Shown: positions 28,059 through 37,790, counted from the first letter of the stretch. The stretch is 64,000 nt of DNA from Minisyncoccota bacterium (GCA_041659845.1 JBAZXM010000001.1:124-64123); one strand, 5' to 3'. Made by a program: numbers and translations. The notes: generated from the sequence alone by a model not told the origin.

Positions 28059-29168
28059 ATGTCACTATCTATCGGAATTGTAGGTCTTCCAAACGTCGGT
28101 AAGTCGACACTCTTTAATGCTCTGACGAAAAAATGCGTTCCAGCGGAAAATTATCCTTTTTGCACTATCGACCCGTCTGTGGGTATTGTTGCTGTTCCTG
28201 ATGAACGCCTCTATAAGCTTGCCGAATTTTCTAAAACAAATAGGACTATTCCTGCTGTTGTAGAATTTGTGGATATTGCAGGGCTCGTCGCTGGAGCAAG
28301 TAAGGGTGAAGGTTTGGGAAATAAATTTCTCGCGAATATTCGTGAGACAGACGCCATTTTACACATGGTCCGTCTTTTCCCTTTGTCTGGTGGCGATAAT
28401 GAAATCGCTCATGTGTACGGCAACGTGGACCCACTTCGAGATATCGGAGTTATTAACCTAGAGCTTATACTCGCAGACTTTGAAACAGTAACCAAGAGAC
28501 TTTCTAATTTACAAAAAGACACAAAGAAGGGTGACAAAGAGGCTCTTTTTGAAGAAGCTGTTTTGCGAAGAGTTGAAAAAGTTTTAGAAGACGGTCTTCT
28601 TGCTAATAGTTTGGAATTTACCGAAGAAGAAAGTAAAAAAGTAAAACAATTAAATTTACTCACGTGGAAGCCAATGATTTACGGATTAAACAAAAAGGCC
28701 GGAGTCAAAAACTTGGATGAAGAAAACCCACAGTATTTTAAAGAGCTTACAGAAGAAATAATAAAAAATAAATCAAACTTTATTTTGATCGACGCGAAGA
28801 TTGAAGATGAGTTAAAAGACTTCGAGGGTGAAGAAAAAGATATGTTCAGAAAAGAACTGGGTGGAGAATATGATGGCATTAGCGATTTGATTGCTGGCTG
28901 TTATAAACTACTCGGACTTGAAACATATTTCACAACAGGAGTAGAAGAAACTCGCGCGTGGACAATACAAAAAGGAAGTACTGCTCCTGTTGCCGGTATG
29001 GCTATCCACACCGACTTTAAAGAAAAATTCATCCGCGCGGAAGTCGTATTTTGGAAAGATTTAATCGATTCCGGATCGTACGCCGAAGCTCGTTCAAAAG
29101 GAAAAGTCCGAACAGAGGGGAAGGAATATGTTGTGAAGGATGGGGATGTGATTGAATTTAAAATTTAA
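28059..29168 (+). CDS. ychF: Redox-regulated ATPase YchF
   Basis: GIVGLPNVGKST, NYPFCTIDP, DIAGLV.GAS.GEGLGN, TGS domain ending Y.VKDGD. Confidence 0.97.
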   Translation: MSLSIGIVGLPNVGKSTLFNALTKKCVPAENYPFCTIDPSVGIVAVPDERLYKLAEFSKTNRTIPAVVEFVDIAGLVAGASKGEGLGNKFLANIRETDAILHMVRLFPLSGGDNEIAHVYGNVDPLRDIGVINLELILADFETVTKRLSNLQKDTKKGDKEALFEEAVLRRVEKVLEDGLLANSLEFTEEESKKVKQLNLLTWKPMIYGLNKKAGVKNLDEENPQYFKELTEEIIKNKSNFILIDAKIEDELKDFEGEEKDMFRKELGGEYDGISDLIAGCYKLLGLETYFTTGVEETRAWTIQKGSTAPVAGMAIHTDFKEKFIRAEVVFWKDLIDSGSYAEARSKGKVRTEGKEYVVKDGDVIEFKI

Positions 29169-29319
29169 AGACGTAAGGCTTTAAATTTTAAATTCAATCA
29201 TCCAGCGACAGCCCTATCAAGGCTGGAGTCGGATATAAATTGAATTTAAAATCTAATATCTATTTGACTTTTACATTTTTTGATTTATAATGAAATAAAA
29301 CACATTAAAAATTAAAAAA

Positions 29320-30246
29320 ATGATAGAAACTGCTATTACTACCGAAACTCGCGCAAGCTTCCTTGCTCGACTTGAAAACCGATTTTCAAAAGTCGATATT
29401 CAGAGAATTATGTTTGCTTATGATATAGCTAAGGAAGCTCATCGTCCCGCCAAGCGCGATAGTGGTGAGCGATATTTTGATCACCCCAGAGCCCTTGCGA
29501 TTATTGCTATGGACGAATTGGGATGGTATGACGCAAATATGCTTTGCGGACTTTTACTCCATGATACAGGTGAAGATACTCCTATCTGGGGAAATATCAC
29601 TAAATCTTATGACGCATGGCTTGAGTCTGCAACATACCGCTTACAAAAATCATTCAGCCCGACTGTTGCAAATTACGTAATACGCCTGACAAAGCCATTT
29701 CCTGATGGTATACGTTTCAAAAATAAAGATGAAGCTTTTGATTTTTACATCAAATATAATCTTTTCGGAAACGGCTCCCATATCTCATCTGTTCTTTTTA
29801 ATGCCTCAGTTATTTTCTTAAAGATGATTGACCGCTTGCACAACCTCAGATCCTTACAAGCAGGGATGGAGCCAAAAATAAGGAAAACCATCAAAGAAAC
29901 TGAAGAGGTGTACATGAAAGATTTTGAGATTACTGCGAAATGCGAATTACTGAGTGATGTCCAGAAAGCAGATGCGCAAAAACTTCTCACATTGATCAAG
30001 CAGGAACTAAAGAATTTGAAGGATACATATCTTGAAGATGCTATCGCATGGAAAATTGATTGGGAATTAAGTGAGGCTGATTGGTCTTACAGAAAGACTT
30101 GCTACTATACCGATCTTGGTATAGCAGAGTGGCATCTCGGAGCATTTAAATCAATGAAGCCTCTTACTAAGCCTCAAGAAGTTCCAGTCAGTACTGTCTT
30201 TTTTAGACGGGTTTACATACAGCCGCACTGCTATCTTTGGATGTAG
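29320..30246 (+). CDS. HD-domain protein, small alarmone hydrolase (RelA/SpoT HD)-like
   Basis: A..AH....R.SGE.Y..HP, LLHDTGEDT, K..DRLHNLR; no synthetase domain. Confidence 0.8.
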   Translation: MIETAITTETRASFLARLENRFSKVDIQRIMFAYDIAKEAHRPAKRDSGERYFDHPRALAIIAMDELGWYDANMLCGLLLHDTGEDTPIWGNITKSYDAWLESATYRLQKSFSPTVANYVIRLTKPFPDGIRFKNKDEAFDFYIKYNLFGNGSHISSVLFNASVIFLKMIDRLHNLRSLQAGMEPKIRKTIKETEEVYMKDFEITAKCELLSDVQKADAQKLLTLIKQELKNLKDTYLEDAIAWKIDWELSEADWSYRKTCYYTDLGIAEWHLGAFKSMKPLTKPQEVPVSTVFFRRVYIQPHCYLWM

Positions 30247-30367
30247 TTTGCTATCTTGCTTTTAAAGCCGAATTGTAATGGTTCGGCTTTTTTAATTGCT
30301 AAAAAATTCTTGCTATAGTACAGTTATCTCAATAAATTCTTTTTAAAAACTTCAAAAACTTAAGGAC

Positions 30368-30865
30368 ATGACGAAACTTATACGATACCCTTATTTGCCA
30401 TTTGATAGAAAAATAAAGTATGTTTCTCAGAACGATTATTATATGCAACAAGCTAAAAATGTTGCTAATGCTCAATCTCTCGATAGAGATATGCCCACTG
30501 GCTGTGTTATTGTAAGTGATACTCGAATTATTGGCGTCGGCGCCAATGGCAGTGAATATCATGAAAAGCATGGTTGCGAAAGAAAACAGCTTGGCATCCC
30601 TACTGGTCAAGGTTATGGAATATGCGAAGGCTGTCATCCTAAAAATCATGCCGAGCAAAAGGCGATTGCGGATGCCTTTCGTAATTACAAGAAAAAGGTC
30701 CATGATGCCGATCTTTATTTGTGGGGGCATTGGTGGTGTTGTGAATCATGCTGGCATGCAATGATTAAAGCGGGCATTAAAAATGTATACCTAATGCATA
30801 ATAGCGAAGTGCTTTTCAATATCACAAATCCAGAAAATATAATCGGAAAAGAATTCAGTCGTTAA
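30368..30865 (+). CDS. Zn-dependent nucleotide deaminase (dCMP/cytidine deaminase superfamily)
   Basis: HAEQ and WCCESC motifs; AGIK.V. Confidence 0.85.
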   Translation: MTKLIRYPYLPFDRKIKYVSQNDYYMQQAKNVANAQSLDRDMPTGCVIVSDTRIIGVGANGSEYHEKHGCERKQLGIPTGQGYGICEGCHPKNHAEQKAIADAFRNYKKKVHDADLYLWGHWWCCESCWHAMIKAGIKNVYLMHNSEVLFNITNPENIIGKEFSR

Positions 30866-30899
30866 TATCAAAATAGCTCACTTGTCAGTGAGCTATTTT

Positions 30900-31298
30900 T
30901 TATTTCTTTGCGATTTCTTCCTCGATTTCATCCACATCCTCTTGAATCTCATCAACATCTTTCTGAATTTCATCGATGTCCTCGGAAATCTCATCAACAT
31001 CTTTCTGAATCTCATCCACATCTTCCTGAATTTCGCCGATGTCTTCCGTCACTTCTGCAAGGTCCTCAGTATTCCTGTTCACAGTCATTTGAATAAGGAT
31101 AGAAAGGTAAATAGCTTCGAGCGAAACTATTGTTGTTAAAACGAGTAGCACTTTTTCAAAAGCTATTCCAAAGAAAGGAAGCGTGAAGGCTACTGCAAAA
31201 AGTATCGTATGTACGATAAGTGATTGTGTCGAGCCGACCCATTTTGTGATATTGACTGGCAGTTGTTCTATTCTTTCTTTGTGTGTGCGCTTTGTCAT
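30900..31298 (-). CDS. DUF1003-like membrane protein with acidic heptad-repeat tail
   Basis: LLVLTTIVSLEAIYLSI.IQMTVNR followed by (D.DEIQ.)n. Confidence 0.8.
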   Translation of the reverse strand: MTKRTHKERIEQLPVNITKWVGSTQSLIVHTILFAVAFTLPFFGIAFEKVLLVLTTIVSLEAIYLSILIQMTVNRNTEDLAEVTEDIGEIQEDVDEIQKDVDEISEDIDEIQKDVDEIQEDVDEIEEEIAKK

Positions 31299-31321
31299 AA
31301 AAGTATTTCTATTGTATCATA

Positions 31322-31891
31322 ATGAGTATGAATACACATAACAAATTTTTCAAATGGGCGCTTATTATCGGCATCATGATTGTGCTTAATCTGTTTTTCA
31401 ATTACACACTTTCTCTAGTCTACTCGGAGCCGGATTACAATGCGTACTTCCCACGCGAGCAAGTTGTTAATCCTCCAACAAATCAGCAAGATTGTATAGC
31501 TCAAGGTGGTGGGTGGACAGTAAATACATATCCTGTGTATACTGACGCTCCACAAATGAAAGCTATTCCTACTCAGCCGGCACCGGAAGGCTGGTGTGAT
31601 ACGAATTTTACTAATCAGAAGAATTTTGAAGCCGCACAAAAAATCTACGACCGCAACGTATTCATCTCGCTTGTTGTCCTTGGTGTACTCACTATTGTTG
31701 CCGGGGCATTCCTCGGAGCATATGAAATTATCGCAACATCATTTTCTTGGGGTGGAGTACTTTCATTTCTTATCGCTTCAATCCGCTATTGGTCTTCAGC
31801 TGACAAGCTGGTGAAAGTCCTCATCCTCGCAGCCGCCCTCGGCGCTCTCATTTGGATCGGTATCAAAAAGTTTGGGAAGAACCTCCAGTAA
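31322..31891 (+). CDS. Hypothetical multi-pass membrane protein
   Basis: TM helix, extracellular Cys loop (C..QGG.W...WC), three more TM helices. Confidence 0.75.
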   Translation: MSMNTHNKFFKWALIIGIMIVLNLFFNYTLSLVYSEPDYNAYFPREQVVNPPTNQQDCIAQGGGWTVNTYPVYTDAPQMKAIPTQPAPEGWCDTNFTNQKNFEAAQKIYDRNVFISLVVLGVLTIVAGAFLGAYEIIATSFSWGGVLSFLIASIRYWSSADKLVKVLILAAALGALIWIGIKKFGKNLQ

Positions 31892-31973
31892 TTACAAATT
31901 ACAAATTACGGATTACGAATAAAAAAGCTTCTGGAAACAGAAGCTTTTTTTTGTTATACTCTTGGGGGTACGA

Positions 31974-32253
31974 ATCCCGTTAGAGATCTTTTATGTTTTA
32001 TTACACATATATATTAAAAAGTAAAAAAGACGGAAAAAAGTACACAGGTTTTACAAAAGACCTACGGAAGCGCCTTGAGCAACACAACGCGGGTAAATCT
32101 ACTTACACGAAAGGACGAGGCCCATTCCAACTTATTTATTACGAAGCATGTTTAATGGAAAAAGAAGCAAGGTCGAGAGAATTATATTTAAAATCGGGAA
32201 TGGGCAAGCGCTATCTGAAAAATAGATTAGGCGCTTCCTATCTCTAACGGGAT
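31974..32253. mobile_element. Mini-element: GIY-YIG gene flanked by 14-bp perfect inverted repeats
   Basis: ATCCCGTTAGAGAT (31974-31987) and ATCTCTAACGGGAT (32240-32253) are exact reverse complements. Mobility is inferred. Confidence 0.65.
31993..32247 (+). CDS. Stand-alone GIY-YIG endonuclease (UPF0213-like)
   Basis: YYTYIL.S......YTGFT.DL.KRL.QHN.G...YTK.R.P..L.YYE.....A..RE..LK. Confidence 0.92.
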   Translation: MFYYTYILKSKKDGKKYTGFTKDLRKRLEQHNAGKSTYTKGRGPFQLIYYEACLMEKEARSRELYLKSGMGKRYLKNRLGASYL

Positions 32254-35200
32254 GAAGCAATACGATCACCTAAAAATCGAAAAGAAATGGCAGAAGGAAT
32301 GGGAGGCGAAGAAGGTTTACAAGACTGCTAATCCCGGCAAAATGAAAAAGCATTATGTGCTTGATATGTTTCCATACCCGTCCGGTGCGGGCCTTCATGT
32401 CGGCCATCCACGCGGATATATTGCAAGTGATGTATATGCGCGCATGAAGCGCATGCAAGGCTTCAATGTTCTTCACCCTATGGGCTTTGACTCATTCGGA
32501 TTGCCGGCAGAGCAATATGCAATACAAACAAAGAAGCACCCAGGGCCTTTCACTGAAAAGCTTGTGGAGCTCTACAAGAAGCAGCTTGAGATTATAGGCT
32601 TCTCATATGATTGGAGCAGGGAAGTCGCGACGCACAGGCCTGAATATTACAAATGGACGCAGTGGATATTTTTAAAACTCTATGATGCCTGGTATGACCA
32701 AACAAAAGATAAAGCGCGCGATATCAGTGAGCTGGTAAAAATTTTTAATAAAAATGGCAATGAAAATGTGAATGCTGTGTGTGATCAAAACACACCAACT
32801 TTTTCCGCGAAAGAATGGAAGCAGATGAGCGAGATGGAAAAGCAGAATATGCTCATGAAATATCGCTTGGCATACGAAGGCTATAGCGAAGTGAATTGGT
32901 GCTCGAAGTTAGGAACGGTGCTTGCGAATGATGAAATTGTAGATGGGCCTGACGGCAAGCCAGTCTCCGAGCGCGGCGGATTCGGAGTAGAAAAGAAATC
33001 CATGCGACAGTGGTTTATGAGAATAACTGCATATGCAGATAGATTACTTTCAGGCCTCGAAGGTCTTGATTGGTCATCACATATAAAAGAAATACAGAAG
33101 AATTGGATAGGGAAGAGTGAGGGGTCGGAGATCAGTTTTAAAATTGTTTCTGGAGATAAAAAAGATCTAGATAATCCCTTAGGTAGGAGAACCGACCTAG
33201 GATCTATTACAGTTTTCACTACAAGGGCTGATACGCTTTTCGGCGTCACCTATGTTGTTCTTGCGCCGGGGCATTTATTTCTTGAAAATATTAAAACTAG
33301 AATTTCAAATTGGAAAGAAGTTGAAAAATATCTTGATGTAATAAAAAACAAATCTGAAGAAGACAGAATAAAGGAAGGTGAAAAAACAGGTATTGAATTA
33401 AAGGGTATCATGGCAATCAATCCTGCAAATGGAGAAGTGGTACCTGTCTGGATAGCTGATTATGTCTTGGCAAATTACGGTACTGGTGCAGTAATGGCTG
33501 TGCCTGCACACGATGAGCGTGATTTCGAATTTGCGAAGAAATATAAATTACCGATTCGTGATGTTGTAGCAAAAATGATTGGCGAACATCATCATGAAAA
33601 TAATATTCGTGACGTTGCAGAGGGTGTCATTATTAAAGACGACCAGGTTCTTGTAATGGAATATAAAAATCAATATGGTTTGCCGGGTGGAGGAATTGAA
33701 GAAGGTGAAACTCCTGAGCAAGCATTATTAAGAGAAATCAGAGAAGAAATCGGGTATACAGATGTTGAAATTGTCGAATATCTAGGACAAGCAAATCGTT
33801 ATTATTTCTCGGATCGAGATCAAAAGAAAAAAGTAAGACATGCATATGGATATGTAGTAAAAATACTAAGTAACAAAAAAAACCCTACTGCTCCTCATGA
33901 AATTGATAAGCCTGTATGGCTCCCTATATCGGAAGCAATTCAAAAAGTTCAACAGAGTCCAATCTATTACCAAAGTAATTTTATTGACCGGGCGTTTAGT
34001 GGTATGGGGCAATGTTTTGTTGATAATGGCGTTTTGATTCAATCAGGGCAATTTGACAGCTTAACTTCTGAAGAAGCTCGTAAGAAAATTACCGAATTTG
34101 TCGGAGGTAAATTGATCACTAAATACAAAATGCGCGACGCGATTTTTGCTCGGCAGAGATATTGGGGCGAGCCGATTCCGCTTTCGACTGACAAGGATGG
34201 GATTATTCATGAAGTCAAAAAACTTCCACTTAAACTCCCAAATGTGAAATCATACGAGCCGGCAGGCACGGGTGAGAGTCCGCTTGCGGGAGTGAAGGAT
34301 TGGGTCAAGCATGGCTACGAGACAAATACCATGCCTGGTTGGGCGGGAAGCTCATGGTATTTCTTGCGTTACATGGACCCAAAAAATAAAAGTGCAATAG
34401 CAAGCAAACAAGCGATCAAATACTGGAAAGATGTGGACATGTATGTCGGCGGTGCAGAGCACGCAACAGGGCACTTGTTGTACTCGCGTTTCTGGCACAA
34501 ATTCTTGAAAGATATCGGCATTGCACAGACAGAAGAACCATTTAAAGCGCTTCGCAACCAAGGCTTGATAGGCGGTGCTGATGGGCGCAAGATGAGTAAG
34601 CGCTGGGGGAATGTCATAAACCCTGATGAGATTGTAAAAACTTATGGCGCTGATACACTCCGTGTCTACGAAGCATTCATGGGACCTTTTGATCAATCAC
34701 TTCCGTGGTCCACAGAGAGCATTATCGGCTCACGCAGATTTATTGAAAAAGTTTGGAGGATGGGGGAGAAAACAATTCTCGCTTCGCATAATTCTTTTCA
34801 AAAAGGTCCTCGGGTCGCCCGTGCAGGTTTATCAGGGAAGAGCGGGCTCGACCAGACCGTTTTTGAAAAGAACTCTGCTGCGCTTAAGAAAGTGCTTCAC
34901 AAAACTATTAAAAAAGTTACGGAAGACATTGCGAATTTTAATTTCAATACCGCAGTCTCAGCGATGATGATTTGCGCGAATGAAATGGAAAAAGCTGAAT
35001 ATGTTTCCGTGGAAGATTTCAAAAAATTCTTACAAATTTTAGCACCATTTGCCCCACATGCGTCTGAAGATCTTTGGCGTGAGCTCGGTGAGAAAAAATC
35101 AATCCATCTTTCAGAATGGCCTCTGTATGATAAGAAAAAGATTATTGATGACACTATCACTATTGCCATTCAGGTTAATAGCAAAGTCCGCGCAGAAATT

Positions 35201-35341
35201 TCTATTCCTATTGATATGAGCGAAAATGATCTAAAAAAACTTGTTTTGGAAAATCCTGCGACCAAGCAATGGACAGAAGGCAAGGAAATAAAGCGAATTA
35301 TCCATGTCAAAGGCAAGCTCGTCAATATAGTTATTGCTTGA
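32252..35341 (+). CDS. leuS: Leucyl-tRNA synthetase with inserted Nudix domain and palindrome-encoded peptides
   Basis: MFPYPSG.GLHVGH, editing domain TTRADT and GTGAVMAVPAHDERD, GG.EHA, KMSKR. Confidence 0.97.
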   Translation: MKQYDHLKIEKKWQKEWEAKKVYKTANPGKMKKHYVLDMFPYPSGAGLHVGHPRGYIASDVYARMKRMQGFNVLHPMGFDSFGLPAEQYAIQTKKHPGPFTEKLVELYKKQLEIIGFSYDWSREVATHRPEYYKWTQWIFLKLYDAWYDQTKDKARDISELVKIFNKNGNENVNAVCDQNTPTFSAKEWKQMSEMEKQNMLMKYRLAYEGYSEVNWCSKLGTVLANDEIVDGPDGKPVSERGGFGVEKKSMRQWFMRITAYADRLLSGLEGLDWSSHIKEIQKNWIGKSEGSEISFKIVSGDKKDLDNPLGRRTDLGSITVFTTRADTLFGVTYVVLAPGHLFLENIKTRISNWKEVEKYLDVIKNKSEEDRIKEGEKTGIELKGIMAINPANGEVVPVWIADYVLANYGTGAVMAVPAHDERDFEFAKKYKLPIRDVVAKMIGEHHHENNIRDVAEGVIIKDDQVLVMEYKNQYGLPGGGIEEGETPEQALLREIREEIGYTDVEIVEYLGQANRYYFSDRDQKKKVRHAYGYVVKILSNKKNPTAPHEIDKPVWLPISEAIQKVQQSPIYYQSNFIDRAFSGMGQCFVDNGVLIQSGQFDSLTSEEARKKITEFVGGKLITKYKMRDAIFARQRYWGEPIPLSTDKDGIIHEVKKLPLKLPNVKSYEPAGTGESPLAGVKDWVKHGYETNTMPGWAGSSWYFLRYMDPKNKSAIASKQAIKYWKDVDMYVGGAEHATGHLLYSRFWHKFLKDIGIAQTEEPFKALRNQGLIGGADGRKMSKRWGNVINPDEIVKTYGADTLRVYEAFMGPFDQSLPWSTESIIGSRRFIEKVWRMGEKTILASHNSFQKGPRVARAGLSGKSGLDQTVFEKNSAALKKVLHKTIKKVTEDIANFNFNTAVSAMMICANEMEKAEYVSVEDFKKFLQILAPFAPHASEDLWRELGEKKSIHLSEWPLYDKKKIIDDTITIAIQVNSKVRAEISIPIDMSENDLKKLVLENPATKQWTEGKEIKRIIHVKGKLVNIVIA
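34786..34878. repeat. Intragenic palindromic element in leuS
   Basis: TTCTTTTCAAAAA (34792-34804) and TTTTTGAAAAGAA (34860-34872), plus nested GGTC/GACC, GGTCG/CGACC and GCCCG/CGGGC stems. Confidence 0.8.
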
Positions 35342-35405
35342 TTACGAGCATTCCTTTGCTATAATTAAGCTATTATTATTTATACAACTAAGTATTATCA
35401 GCGCT

Positions 35406-37790
35406 ATGAATGAATCAAAAAATGTTGCATTTTTGAGTAAGGCCTCGTTTTACACCTTACTCGCCACAATACTGCTCATACCGGTATTTTTCCTACCATT
35501 TATTAATGTGTCATTTGATACCAGTAAAGGTGCTCTGCTTTTTGTCGGCACGCTCGTATCTCTTTCATTTTGGATAATTGCCCGCCTAATTGATGGAAAG
35601 TTTGAAATTCCGAAAGACAATATCTTACTCGCAGCTCTTTCTATCCCTGTAGTTTTTTTGCTTTCATCAATTTTTTCACCGGCACCGATGGCTTCTCTCT
35701 TCGGACATGGCTTTGAAATGGGAACATTCATATCAATGCTCATTCTCTTCGTGCTGATGTTTTTATCTTCAATGTTTTTCCGGAGCAAGGAAAGAGTTTC
35801 TTATTTGTATTTTGGTATTTTGCTTGGTGCATTTTTGATAGCTGTATTTCAAATGATACGATTATTTGTTGATCCTAGTACTCTCTCTCTCGGGTTTTTC
35901 TCCAATACCATTTCAAATACGATTGGCTCATGGAATGACCTTGCGATTTTCTTCGGTCTTTCCGGAATTCTTGCACTGGTTACTCTCGAATTCCTGACGC
36001 TTAAAAAAAATCTTAAGATTTTCCTTTATGTCATTTTGGGGTTCTCTCTATTCTTCCTTGCGCTTATTAACTTGATGACAGCGTGGATTATTCTCGGTTC
36101 ACTTTCATTAATCCTATTTATCTACGGTCTCTCAGTGATCCGTGGTGCTGTGGTCGCAAATATGCGTGATGAAAATGGCATAACACGCCCGCAAGGAGAA
36201 CGCCCATTTCCTCTTGCCGCTTTTATTGTCACTTTCATCTGCCTACTCTTCATATTCGGCAATAATTTTGTCGGTGACGCACTCTCCTCGTACTTTAAAG
36301 TTTCAACCACCGATGTCCGCCCATCGCTAACAGCGACAATACAAGTTGCCGGGAACACTCTTTCACATAATCCGGTCTTTGGCGCGGGGCCGGGCAGGTT
36401 TGTAAATGAATGGCTTGCTAATAAACCAGATGCAGTCAACAATACTATATTCTGGGACACGAATTTTATTGCTGGTTTTGGTCTGATTCCATCATTCTTA
36501 GTTACAACTGGTATTTTAGGCATACTCGCATTCTTGATTTTACTCGGAATCTTTTTTTATCGAGGATTCAAGGCGATTTTCGTATCCGGCATAGATCAAT
36601 TTTCTCTCTACTTGATTATTAGTTCGTTTATTTGCTCACTATATCTTTGGATTTTCTCTTTTGTTTATATTCCATCAAGCACATTATTTATTCTGGCATT
36701 TGCTATGACTGGAGTCTTTATTGGAGTGCTTGTTCATAAGCAAATTATTCCACTCTACGATTTTTCTTTCCTTTCCGATCCGCGCAACAGCTTTTTTTCA
36801 ATTTTAGCCTTAGTACTCCTAATGATTGTTTCTATTGCTGGATTATATAAGACAGCAGAGCGTTTCGCGGGAGAAGTTTACTTCGGTCAAGGTATTATTA
36901 ATCTCAATATACATCGTGATTTAGACAAGACAGAATCGAATATTCTTCATGCAATCCAGCTTAATGATATAGATACATATTATCGAGGTCTTTCAGAGCT
37001 TTATTTGACTCGTCTGGCGGTTGTGATAAGTGACAACAATAAAGATTTCAAAGATGATACTGTTAGGGCAAATGTCCAGCAAATTCTTGGTAAGGCTGAA
37101 GCGAGTGCACAGCTTGCAACTACCACGGACAAGACAAATTATTTGAACTGGGTATCGCTCGGAAAAGTGTATGAATCAGTTGTACCGCTTAAAGTAAGTG
37201 GAGCGTATGAAAATGCTAAGGCATCATACGAGAAAGCTATTACTTTTAATACGAAAAGCCCCGCACTGCTTTTGATGCTCGCGAATTTGGAAATCGAGAA
37301 CAAGAATAATTCCGAAGCGCGCAAATATATAGACCAAGCGCTTCAAATGAAGCAAAATTATACTGAAGCGATTTTCCTTTTGTCACAAATTGAAGCGAGC
37401 GAAGGTAACCTCGATGCAGCAATCATTCGTGCAGCACAAGCACTCTTTATCTCACCGAATGATGTAGGTATTGCGCTCCAGCTCGGCCTCTTGAAATATA
37501 ATAACAAAGATTATACAGGCGCTGCATCAGCACTTGAACGTGCGGTAGCCCTGTATCCCGATTATTTGAACGCTCGATATTTCCTCGGACTTTCGTATGA
37601 CAAGCTCGGTCGAACAGGCGACGCTCTTTATCAGTTTAATTACATCAATATAAAGAGCCCAGATAATCAGAGTATAAAAGATATTATTGCCAACTTACAG
37701 GTAGGCAATAGTGCATTTAACAGTCTTCCAGCTCCGGAAACTAAGCCTGAAAAAGGCAAGACACTCCCTGTGAAAGAAAAGACAAACTAA
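35406..37790 (+). CDS. Polytopic membrane protein (O-antigen ligase/Wzy_C-like) with C-terminal TPR repeats
   Basis: About 13 TM segments, P.FG.GPG.F loop, L.TTGILG, then TPR helices. Confidence 0.75.
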   Translation: MNESKNVAFLSKASFYTLLATILLIPVFFLPFINVSFDTSKGALLFVGTLVSLSFWIIARLIDGKFEIPKDNILLAALSIPVVFLLSSIFSPAPMASLFGHGFEMGTFISMLILFVLMFLSSMFFRSKERVSYLYFGILLGAFLIAVFQMIRLFVDPSTLSLGFFSNTISNTIGSWNDLAIFFGLSGILALVTLEFLTLKKNLKIFLYVILGFSLFFLALINLMTAWIILGSLSLILFIYGLSVIRGAVVANMRDENGITRPQGERPFPLAAFIVTFICLLFIFGNNFVGDALSSYFKVSTTDVRPSLTATIQVAGNTLSHNPVFGAGPGRFVNEWLANKPDAVNNTIFWDTNFIAGFGLIPSFLVTTGILGILAFLILLGIFFYRGFKAIFVSGIDQFSLYLIISSFICSLYLWIFSFVYIPSSTLFILAFAMTGVFIGVLVHKQIIPLYDFSFLSDPRNSFFSILALVLLMIVSIAGLYKTAERFAGEVYFGQGIINLNIHRDLDKTESNILHAIQLNDIDTYYRGLSELYLTRLAVVISDNNKDFKDDTVRANVQQILGKAEASAQLATTTDKTNYLNWVSLGKVYESVVPLKVSGAYENAKASYEKAITFNTKSPALLLMLANLEIENKNNSEARKYIDQALQMKQNYTEAIFLLSQIEASEGNLDAAIIRAAQALFISPNDVGIALQLGLLKYNNKDYTGAASALERAVALYPDYLNARYFLGLSYDKLGRTGDALYQFNYINIKSPDNQSIKDIIANLQVGNSAFNSLPAPETKPEKGKTLPVKEKTN

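Noticed and set aside
33570-34015. Intein in leuS
   Set aside because: No N-terminal Cys/Ser plus C-terminal His-Asn splice motifs and no LAGLIDADG motif. The insert is a Nudix domain.
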